Under the pieces are notes generated by a model that saw only the letters and a list, made by a program, of their open reading frames with translations, did no database searches and was not told where the DNA came from. A DNA stretch of 64,000 nt from Promethearchaeia archaeon. GTDB lineage: Archaea; Asgardarchaeota; Lokiarchaeia; Sigyniarchaeales; SOKP01. The position numbers and the translations under genes are program-made. This document shows, piece by piece, positions 1 to 7,609 of this stretch. Within the stretch, counting starts at the first letter, position 1; each line of letters begins with the position of its first letter. The stretch spans positions 64,001-128,000 of the forward strand of contig JAHQWJ010000014.1 in NCBI GenBank assembly GCA_029856125.1, in the 5' to 3' direction.

Positions 1-680
1 ACATATCCGATGATTCCAACTATTCCAATAACGATTCCAGTAACCCACCAAGGATATCCTTTTTTAAAGATGGATTCAAAAGCGTTATCAAATTTGACTA
101 AGGCTCCCTTATCAGCTTCCTTTCTCTTTTTAAGCGCTGGCCATGCCCAGAAATAGAACATTAATGCCATACCGACTAAACCTAGAATAAGCATAAAAAT
201 CGGTGTGAGTTCTCCAGCTGCTCCGAAAAGTGTAAGAGGTGTAGCTTGTGCAATTGGTGTAGCCATTTGTAAAGCATTTTTTAAATCAGTTAAAACACCA
301 CCTGCTGTCATTAAAGCTCCTGTAGTCAACCCAAAGGCTGCTACAACAGATCCCATCATACCTTCTCCAACTCGGTAAGTAGTTCCACTCGCACATCCGG
401 CTGCAAGAACCATTCCAATACCGAATACTAGACCGCCAACAATTGCCCCCCATATTTTTAAGGGTTTTGGAGTGAGATTTATTATTCCACTCAAAGCAAA
501 AATAGCGAATCCTACCATCAAAACTGCCAATGCAACAACGACTGCTTTTGCCAACTTAAACTCTTTTAAGAGTATAATGTCTCTAAAAGCAGAGTTCATG
601 CAAAATCTTCCGCGTTGCAAGACGAAGCCAAAAAGAGCCCCGACTATAAGTCCAACAATTAATGCATACATAAATTCCAT
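1..680 (-). CDS. YeeE/YedE-family thiosulfate/selenium transporter (runs off the window edge; not in ORF track)
   Basis: Manual translation from ATG at 680: MEFMYALIVGLIVGALFGFVLQRGRFCMNSAFRD...GGLVFGIGMVLAAGCASGTTYRVGEG. FGFVLQRGRFC and GCASGT are YeeE/YedE signatures. Directly downstream of a TusA/YedF gene. Confidence 0.9.
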   Translation of the reverse strand, partial: MEFMYALIVGLIVGALFGFVLQRGRFCMNSAFRDIILLKEFKLAKAVVVALAVLMVGFAIFALSGIINLTPKPLKIWGAIVGGLVFGIGMVLAAGCASGTTYRVGEGMMGSVVAAFGLTTGALMTAGGVLTDLKNALQMATPIAQATPLTLFGAAGELTPIFMLILGLVGMALMFYFWAWPALKKRKEADKGALVKFDNAFESIFKKGYPWWVTGIVIGIVGIIGY

Positions 681-695
681 ATTTGTTTTTTCACC

Positions 696-929
696 TTATT
701 TTATTTTTATCAGGATTTTCCATGCAGATTTCCCAGTCTTTTCCGACGAGATAACTTCATGACCTAGAGATTCCATAGTTTCAGGAATCCTCTCAGCAGA
801 GAGAGGATAATCAACTATAATCTCTAAAATTTCTCCTGACTTCATTTTCTTAACTTTTCTTTTACTTTTTACGTCTGGATATGGGCATACTTCGCCCGAA
901 CAATCCAATGTTTCAGTTATGTCAACCAT
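696..929 (-). CDS. TusA/SirA-family sulfur (selenium) carrier, YedF-like
   Basis: LDCSGEVCPYP (CPxP motif) and GEILEIIVDYPLS; 77 aa; co-oriented with YeeE/YedE. Confidence 0.9.
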   Translation of the reverse strand: MVDITETLDCSGEVCPYPDVKSKRKVKKMKSGEILEIIVDYPLSAERIPETMESLGHEVISSEKTGKSAWKILIKIK

Positions 930-1024
930 TTTTTATAAACCAAGTTGTTTTATATTATTTTTTTGAATATCTATTCAATTAAAATAGATAAGTGTTAGTA
1001 CATTCAAATACATTTAAAATTTAT

Positions 1025-1130
1025 TAATAATCATTCAAATGAAACATTAAATTTACGAAAAACGGTTCCCTTTCCGTCGAATTTGATAATAATCATCATT
1101 CAAAAAAACCATCACATTTACGAAAAACTA
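1025..1130. repeat. Imperfect direct repeat (about 65 bp period) in the divergent yedF/vhuG intergenic region
   Basis: taataatcattcaaa...atttacgaaaaac (1025-1063) and taataatcatcattcaaa...atttacgaaaaac (1087-1128). The 13-mer ATTTACGAAAAAC is exact at 1051 and 1116. Confidence 0.7.
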
Positions 1131-1412
1131 TTTCTCTTCAGTTAGTTTTAATAGTTTAACAATTTTGTTCAAGCAAATGTCAAAATTTAAATTGAAATCC
1201 AGAAGATTAAGAATAATTATTCAAAAAATATTAACCCAAACAAGGAGAGTTTTGTTATCATACATTTTTTTAACTACTGTAATTTGAAACTTTATCGCAA
1301 CATCTATTTGCAAAAGGAGAAGTTTTTTATTAAATTATGATTAAATTAACACAACTAATTGTAATAATCAAATTAGCTAATTTTAAAAATCAAATAAAAA
1401 AAACAAAAATAG

Positions 1413-2738
1413 ATGATTAAAATGGCAGTAAAAGTAGCTTTTATGCAGAGTAGTGATTGCTGGGGATGTCATCAATCCTTATTGAACGCACATTTAGGAT
1501 TGTTGCCAGTTCTTCCAGCGCTCGAATTTGTGTATTGGCCAGCAGTTGTAGATTTCAAACTTGATTCACTAAAAGCGCGACCAGACGGTGATATTCTAGT
1601 AGGCTTCGTAGAAGGAAGTATGAGAACAAAAGCAGATGTAGAAAACGCCAAACTCATGAGGGCTAAGTGCCAACTCATAATAGCTTTTGGTAGTTGTTCT
1701 TGCTACGGCAATGTTCACGGATTAGCTAATGAGTGGGATATTGAAGAAGCTATCAAACGAAAGTATACGCAAGTAGAGTCGATTACTAACGAATCTCCGC
1801 ACGAACCAAAAGAACATATGCCGGGATTTACAGGAAAAATCGTTCCATTGGACGAAGTCATAAGCGTTGACGTATTTATGGCAGGTTGTCCTCCGAAACC
1901 AGAAGCTATCATAAGCGCAGTTCAATTTTTGCTTGGTCAAAAGCCACAGCCAATGGCAGATTTGTCTTTTTGTAACGATTGTTCGTTAAATAACGAAAAT
2001 TGTTTACTTGAAAAATACGAATTATGTTTTGGTCCCATTACTAGTATTGGTTGTACTTTAAAATGTACTGATAATGGAAGCCCATGCGTCGGCTGTCTCG
2101 GACCAGCAAAAACGGTCTCAGCAAGAGCAGAAAAATTGAAAACAATGACACAAAATATGCATCAGCTTAGCTCCGGCGACAAGAAGAATTTACACGAGTT
2201 CTTAACCTTGTTTTTAAATGTACCGTTAATGTCAGGATTTGATTTAGCGGGGGATATCTTAAAACAAGTAAGAAAAACGGGTGAGGCTCAAACCGCTTTA
2301 GCTAACGTACCTGTTGACACGGGAGATATATATGCAAACATCCTGAAATATCTAAAGAACAATAGAGAGTTCATAAGTATTTCAAATGTGTGCGACCAGT
2401 GCGACCTTGAGATCGGAAGTAAATCTCGAATGACGAAAGTTAAACGCGATTACGAAGGACTTCCAAATTCAACCGATTGTTTAATAGAACAAGGTTACCT
2501 ATGTGCAGGTCCGATAACAAGAGCAGGATGTGGTGGTTTGTGTATGAAAGTAAACACACCTTGTTCAGGTTGCTTTGGTCAAACAGCTTGGAATGTTGAT
2601 CAAGCTGAACGCTTTGCTGATGTAGTAACGAAGGGCTTCAATGTGGCTTTATCAAAAGAAGAATTGCTTGCGCAAGTTAAGGATAAGCTCGGCTTCATGG
2701 AAAAGTTTACATTAGCTACAAACAAAAATTATAGGTAG
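1413..2738 (+). CDS. vhuG: F420-non-reducing [NiFe(Se)] hydrogenase small subunit (VhuG/MvhG-like) with duplicated Fe-S module
   Basis: CWGC, VEGS, AFGSCSCYG and GCPP motifs. Two copies of the CxxC..CL....LC.GPIT..GC...C....PCxGC.G module. Confidence 0.88.
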   Translation: MIKMAVKVAFMQSSDCWGCHQSLLNAHLGLLPVLPALEFVYWPAVVDFKLDSLKARPDGDILVGFVEGSMRTKADVENAKLMRAKCQLIIAFGSCSCYGNVHGLANEWDIEEAIKRKYTQVESITNESPHEPKEHMPGFTGKIVPLDEVISVDVFMAGCPPKPEAIISAVQFLLGQKPQPMADLSFCNDCSLNNENCLLEKYELCFGPITSIGCTLKCTDNGSPCVGCLGPAKTVSARAEKLKTMTQNMHQLSSGDKKNLHEFLTLFLNVPLMSGFDLAGDILKQVRKTGEAQTALANVPVDTGDIYANILKYLKNNREFISISNVCDQCDLEIGSKSRMTKVKRDYEGLPNSTDCLIEQGYLCAGPITRAGCGGLCMKVNTPCSGCFGQTAWNVDQAERFADVVTKGFNVALSKEELLAQVKDKLGFMEKFTLATNKNYR

Positions 2739-2749
2739 GTGAAAAAAAG

Positions 2750-4054
2750 ATGGTAAAAGAAATAACAGTAGAACCAGTCACTCGATTAGAGGGACATGGT
2801 GGATTAAGAATTGTCATTGGAGATGACGGTAAGGTAAAAGATGCTCAGTTTAACATAACTTCGACACGATTTTTCGAGAAATTTCTTGAAGGACGTTATT
2901 GCGAACACATACCTAGAATCACGCCTAGAATTTGCGGAATTTGTCCAATCCCACATCATTTAACTCCCACAAAAGCTGTAGAAGACGCTTGGGGCGTTTC
3001 TATTCCAGAACCAGCTCGAAAATTGCGAATTTTGTTACAGAACGCGAAACAATATTCTAGTCATACGTTACATTTCTACGCACTCGCAGCACCTGATTTC
3101 TTATTAGGTCCGTTTGCGGATCCTGCGTTAAGGAATGTCGTTCATGTAATTAACAAAATGCCAGATGTTGGAGCAATGGCTTTGAAAATGATGGATTTCG
3201 GTCAAAAACTCTGTGCGGAGATTGGAGGAAAATCTGTTCATCCTGTTTCTGCGATAGTTGGAGGCATGAAAAAGCCAATGAGCGAAGCTGCTCGGGATAA
3301 GTTTTTGAAAATGATTCCTGAACAAGTCGAATTTGCAAAGAAGACTGTTGAGATCGGATTAAAAGTCGTCACCGATTATTGGGATGTCGTTGCTAATGTA
3401 GGTGTTGTTCCTACTTATTACTTAGGCATGACCAATAAAGGTGTCCATGATATTTACGAAGGAGATATTCGAATTGTTACACCTGATGGAAAGAAGATTG
3501 ATTACGATGTTCATAACTACTTAGACGCACTTGGTGAACATATTCCAGAGCATTCTTATGCGACACACATGTATTACAAGCCTGCAGGATATCCTGAGGG
3601 TATTTATCGTTCTAACACGTTAGCAATGATAAATTGTGCCGATAAAATGGCAACTCCTTTGGCAGATGGCGCACTTAAAGACATGAGAGATAAACTTGGA
3701 CCAATTTCCCATCACACCTTTGCTTATCACTGGGCTCGATTAATTGAATTAGTTGAGTCGATTGAGATGGTTGCGACACTATTACAGGATCCTGACATTG
3801 TAAATCCTGATTGTAAAACATTAGATGTCCAACCAAGAGAAGGAGAGGGTATAGGTATGACCGAAGCCCCGCGGGGCAATTTATTGTACCACATTTGGTC
3901 TGATGCTGATGGTATATGTAAGAAAGCAAATCTCTTAGTAGCGACAAATCATAACATTGCTGGAATTGAGAAAACACTTATGCACGTAGCAAAGCAGGTG
4001 TTTGAAGATAAGGCGTTAGAAGGATTAAAATTACCAGACCCTTGGATTGATTAA
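2750..4054 (+). CDS. vhuA: Group 3c [NiFe(Se)] hydrogenase large subunit lacking the C-terminal L2 motif (VhuA-type)
   Basis: VEPVTRLEGHG, L1 motif RICGICPIPH, EAPRGNLLYH, ANLLVATNHN. No DPCxxCxxH at the C-terminus. AGGTGA SD upstream. Confidence 0.92.
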   Translation: MVKEITVEPVTRLEGHGGLRIVIGDDGKVKDAQFNITSTRFFEKFLEGRYCEHIPRITPRICGICPIPHHLTPTKAVEDAWGVSIPEPARKLRILLQNAKQYSSHTLHFYALAAPDFLLGPFADPALRNVVHVINKMPDVGAMALKMMDFGQKLCAEIGGKSVHPVSAIVGGMKKPMSEAARDKFLKMIPEQVEFAKKTVEIGLKVVTDYWDVVANVGVVPTYYLGMTNKGVHDIYEGDIRIVTPDGKKIDYDVHNYLDALGEHIPEHSYATHMYYKPAGYPEGIYRSNTLAMINCADKMATPLADGALKDMRDKLGPISHHTFAYHWARLIELVESIEMVATLLQDPDIVNPDCKTLDVQPREGEGIGMTEAPRGNLLYHIWSDADGICKKANLLVATNHNIAGIEKTLMHVAKQVFEDKALEGLKLPDPWID

Positions 4055-4080
4055 AAAAAAGAGGAAACCGTGATTAAAAA

Positions 4081-4233
4081 ATGAGCGAAGAAATACCGGA
4101 AGGAGTAGTAAACCTTTTAGAAATGATTGTGCGTTGCTTCGATTGTTGACTATCGTGCGCAGCCCACATAACCGTTGTTAAAGAAAACGGTGAAGAGGTT
4201 TACTCTCGCAAGTTGAACGTTGGCTTAGGATGA
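4081..4233 (+). CDS. vhuU: Selenocysteine-containing hydrogenase subunit VhuU (50 aa, Sec at codon 23; missed by ORF track)
   Basis: MSEEIPEGVVNLLEMIVRCFDC-U(TGA 4147-4149)-LSCAAHITVVKENGEEVYSRKLNVGLG*. Supplies the L2 motif missing from VhuA. The UGA sits at the Ni-ligand position of DP(C/U)xxCxxH. Confidence 0.93.
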
Positions 4234-4290
4234 ATATCCAATAAAAACAATAGATTGGATATAACGCCCCCTGCCCGGGGTAAAAGCCAA
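4220..4290 (+). promoter_or_regulatory. Putative SECIS-like structured element
   Basis: AUGA (4230-4233), then perfect 9-bp stem ATATCCAAT(4234-4242)/ATTGGATAT(4254-4262) with A-rich loop AAAAACAATAG. GC hairpin CCCC/GGGG (4267-4280). Outer stem TTGGCTT(4220-4226)/AAGCCAA(4284-4290). Confidence 0.65.
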
Positions 4291-4329
4291 TAAATATAAA
4301 ATAAATGGAAATGAAAAATTGGAAAAGAC

Positions 4330-4845
4330 GTGAAAAAAATGACAGTAGATTTTGAATTTCGAAAACAAGTTATGGATTATCATATCGGGTCTGATTTAAT
4401 TAAGTATTGTTATCAATGTAGTCGTTGTGCAGATAACTGTCCAATTACTAACGTAACGACAGACTTCTATACGACTACAGGATACAATCCAAGAAGCAAC
4501 ATTCTTAATGCTTTGTTAGGATATAAGGAAGCAATATTTTCATCTGATGCCTTGACCATTTGGGGTTGTACCGTTTGTGATACATGTGATGAGGTTTGTC
4601 CTCAGAATATCGAATTAACTGAGATTTTTACACTATTAAAAAATCAAAGTGTAGCAAACGGAGATGCGCCTGATTTTATCTACTCGCAAGCAAAAGCAAT
4701 TTTTGATAGTGCGAAAGCGATCCCATCTCAACCTGCTATAGAGCGTAGACGAGAACAATTGGGTCTACCCCCTGTTGCAATGCCGGACATTAGTGAACTC
4801 CAAACTTTATTAAAAAATATTGGAGTAGAAAAAAAGCTAAAATAA
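4330..4845 (+). CDS. hdrC: Heterodisulfide reductase subunit C
   Basis: CYQCSRCADNCP and WGCTVCDTCDEVCPQ (2x[4Fe-4S]); RREQLGLPP tail; precedes hdrB. Confidence 0.9.
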   Translation: MKKMTVDFEFRKQVMDYHIGSDLIKYCYQCSRCADNCPITNVTTDFYTTTGYNPRSNILNALLGYKEAIFSSDALTIWGCTVCDTCDEVCPQNIELTEIFTLLKNQSVANGDAPDFIYSQAKAIFDSAKAIPSQPAIERRREQLGLPPVAMPDISELQTLLKNIGVEKKLK

Positions 4846-4850
4846 GAGGA

Positions 4851-5735
4851 ATGATGAGAAAAATGACAGACTATAAAATGTTTGAAGGTTGTACTATCGG
4901 AAACCGTATTCCTTTCATTGAAGCGGCATCCAGAAAAGTTTTTGATAAAGTTGGAATTGAGACTTCACAAACGAACTTTACTTGTTGTCCAGATCCCACC
5001 GGCATGAAATCGTTTGATAACGACGCTTGGCTAGCCATTGGTGCGAGAAATCTATGTTTAGCGGAAGCTGAAGGAAAAGACATAATTTCTCTATGTAATG
5101 GTTGTACTAATACGCTTCGAGGAGTCCAACATCAATTAAAACACGATTCATGGAAAATGGATAAGGTCAATAAAGAGCTCGCTAAGATCGGAAAAGAATA
5201 CAAAGGCACAATAGATATTAAGCATTTCGTTGATGTGCTGAGCGATAAATTAGACAAAGTCAAAGAAGCAATAACTAAACCACTTGACGGTCTAAAAGTC
5301 GCAGTCCATCCTGGGTGTCACTATATGCGACCTGCAGAATGGATGGAATCCGACGATCCTATGAGGCCAACTACGCTAAAGAAACTCGTAGAAGCAAGTG
5401 GAGCGACAGTTGTTGATTACGGGGAGGAAATATTGTGCTGCGGAAGTGCTGTGACTAACGCTTACGAAGAACACGGGTTTGCAAACTTAAAGATTAAGAT
5501 GGACGCTATCAAAAAATCGGGCGCAGATGTGATTGCTGTAAATTGTCCAGCGTGTTATCAACAGTTCGATACGAGACAACGAGATTTAGGTAAGGCATAC
5601 GAGACCGAATACGCAACTCCCGTGTTATATATCACAGAGCTTTACGCATTAGCAATGGGCTTCACTCCAGACGACATCGGCTTAAAATTTCACAGAGTTC
5701 GATTGAAATCCACGTTAGAAAAACTTGGTTTATAA
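4851..5735 (+). CDS. hdrB: Heterodisulfide reductase subunit B
   Basis: Two CCG domains: FEGC..TCCP..ARNL..CNGC and HPGCHYMRP..CCG..CPACYQQFD. Confidence 0.93.
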   Translation: MMRKMTDYKMFEGCTIGNRIPFIEAASRKVFDKVGIETSQTNFTCCPDPTGMKSFDNDAWLAIGARNLCLAEAEGKDIISLCNGCTNTLRGVQHQLKHDSWKMDKVNKELAKIGKEYKGTIDIKHFVDVLSDKLDKVKEAITKPLDGLKVAVHPGCHYMRPAEWMESDDPMRPTTLKKLVEASGATVVDYGEEILCCGSAVTNAYEEHGFANLKIKMDAIKKSGADVIAVNCPACYQQFDTRQRDLGKAYETEYATPVLYITELYALAMGFTPDDIGLKFHRVRLKSTLEKLGL

Positions 5736-5752
5736 CTAATCAAATTTATAAC

Positions 5753-5776
5753 TTTATTTTTTTATTTTTTTTCTCT
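5753..5776 (+). terminator. Oligo-T archaeal-type terminator after hdrB
   Basis: Long T runs about 18-40 nt after the hdrB stop. Confidence 0.5.
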
Positions 5777-5938
5777 TGAGTAGATTACATCAAAAATGAG
5801 AAAGATAAATACAAAAGAGAAAGTGATTGAAAATGAATGAAAAAGAAGAAATAGAATTTTTTAAAGAGGTATTTTATGAAGAGCTTATTTCCGAAATAAA
5901 CATGCGTTTAATTCTTAATGATTCTATTCTAAAATTGT

Positions 5939-6370
5939 TTATTGGCTTACTATGAGTTTTTTCTTATCAAAGTCTTCTGGATCCCCGCCTTCTTCTAGGA
6001 AATCTACAAAATTCTTTAAACATTTTAAAGTCAGCTCTCCAACCTTCTCATAGCCTTTTGCCAATTTTTCGCTATCCATATCAGCCCATAAGGTTGTTTC
6101 GACGATATCTCCTTTAGGTTGTAAAACATATCCCAAAGAATTCATGGTGCTATTCTTCATATGCCAAGTTGCGCTTTCATTTTCAACCTGTTCCCAACCT
6201 ACAATTAAAATATCTCCTATAGAAGATTTTAAAAAGAATTCTTCTCCTTCCTTTTTTTCTGTTATTTCATTAACACCAGGATTCCATTTTGTAATAATTT
6301 CAGCATCAATAAGAATATCATATATTCTTTTTGGACTAGATTTAATTTCAATTTTTTTTTCCATTCTCAT
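5939..6370 (-). CDS. SRPBCC (START/Bet v1-like) family protein
   Basis: IEIKSSPKRIYDIL..I.KWNP N-terminus and C-terminal helix LKCLKNFV. Confidence 0.7.
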   Translation of the reverse strand: MRMEKKIEIKSSPKRIYDILIDAEIITKWNPGVNEITEKKEGEEFFLKSSIGDILIVGWEQVENESATWHMKNSTMNSLGYVLQPKGDIVETTLWADMDSEKLAKGYEKVGELTLKCLKNFVDFLEEGGDPEDFDKKKLIVSQ

Positions 6371-6615
6371 TTTAACATTACCTCTATTTGATTTTAGATA
6401 AAAGTGAGGTCAACATAATTTTTATACATTTGTGTTGTTATTTTGAAAATAGATTGAAGAAGATATTTTTAATTTTGAATATGTTATACATCAAAAAATA
6501 ATTAGGGTAAGAATTATAGTATCAATTAGTAATTTTTAAAATAGCAGATTTTTTATTTGAAAATTGAATTGCTGCTAATAAGTATAAGAGAATAGTTTTT
6601 TAGTGTGATTTACGA

Positions 6616-7599
6616 ATGCAAAAATTTATTTCAGACTACGATGATGATGATACAACTGTTTCTTCGAAGTATAATGGCCCGAAATTTGATGCCCATGTTC
6701 ATTTAGGGAGCATGAAAGGCATTCCTAATTTAATTAAGTACAGAGAAGAATTTAATATAAAAAGATCGGTCGGTATTGTCTGGGACGATAAGACTGATGT
6801 ATACGAGAAAAGATTTCCAGATAAGTTTGTGCTGGCAAAGTATTTTAGAAGTAAGCATATGTTTGCTGCAAATCCGGATTCTAAATTGTTAACAGATGAG
6901 ATAGAGAAAATTTACCAACAAGGATTTCCAATTGTCAAATTCTGGTTTGGACCGAGAGTGAGAGACTACGTAAAAGAATACTTCAAATTAGAACCAAAAA
7001 CAATTCATTTATCTGATCCCATTTTTAAATCCATATTCGCTAAGATGGAAGAATTGGGACTCTATTTATTAATTCACGTTAGCGATCCTGATCAATGGTA
7101 TGAGAAAGTGTATCAACCGGTTAGCCGATATGGTACAAAGAAAGAACATTTAGACGATTTTGAGGAGGTTTTGTCAAGTTTTCCAAATTTAAAAGTGCTC
7201 CAAGCACACTTTGGGAGTCAACCAGAAGATCTAGACCATTTATCGAGGTGGTTTGAGTCATATCCAAATTACTATGTAGATATGTCTTCAGCAAGATGGA
7301 TGGCACGAGAGCTTGGGAAGTATCCAGAAAAAGCACGGGAATTTTTCATTAAATATTCAGATAGGATTCTTTTTGGGTCCGATCTTGTACAGGATCGAAA
7401 CAAACCAGTTTCCAGCTATTATCGAACTCGTTATTTTACGTTTCAAGCAATTTTAGAGACTTCGGTCAGAGATTTACCTTTACCTTTTCCAGATCCTGAA
7501 AATAATAATGAAACAAAGATTAATGGGTTGGATCTTCCCTTAGATATCTTAAAGAAAATTTATTGGGAAAATGCGAATAAATTCTTAAAACTCTCATGA
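6616..7599 (+). CDS. Amidohydrolase_2 family metal-dependent hydrolase
   Basis: DAHVH, LIHVSD, AHFG, YVDMS, RILFGSD and IYWENA motifs. Confidence 0.85.
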   Translation: MQKFISDYDDDDTTVSSKYNGPKFDAHVHLGSMKGIPNLIKYREEFNIKRSVGIVWDDKTDVYEKRFPDKFVLAKYFRSKHMFAANPDSKLLTDEIEKIYQQGFPIVKFWFGPRVRDYVKEYFKLEPKTIHLSDPIFKSIFAKMEELGLYLLIHVSDPDQWYEKVYQPVSRYGTKKEHLDDFEEVLSSFPNLKVLQAHFGSQPEDLDHLSRWFESYPNYYVDMSSARWMARELGKYPEKAREFFIKYSDRILFGSDLVQDRNKPVSSYYRTRYFTFQAILETSVRDLPLPFPDPENNNETKINGLDLPLDILKKIYWENANKFLKLS

Positions 7600-7609
7600 A
7601 CCTTTAGAT

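Noticed and set aside
472-762. 96-aa + strand ORF
   Set aside because: Antisense shadow of the YeeE/YedE and TusA genes, which carry clear motifs on the - strand.
930-1412. Hidden Sec-containing vhuD upstream of vhuG
   Set aside because: The spacer is very AT-rich and no VhuD-like Cys/Sec motifs could be read in it.
4147-4149. TGA read as a nonsense mutation (pseudogene)
   Set aside because: It falls exactly on the Ni-ligand position known to be Sec in VhuU, the downstream motif is intact, and a SECIS-like hairpin follows.
5833-5955. 40-aa ORF MNEKEEIEFFKEVFYEELISEINMRL...
   Set aside because: Short, no motif, overlaps the convergent SRPBCC stop. It cannot be supported, though it is not excluded.
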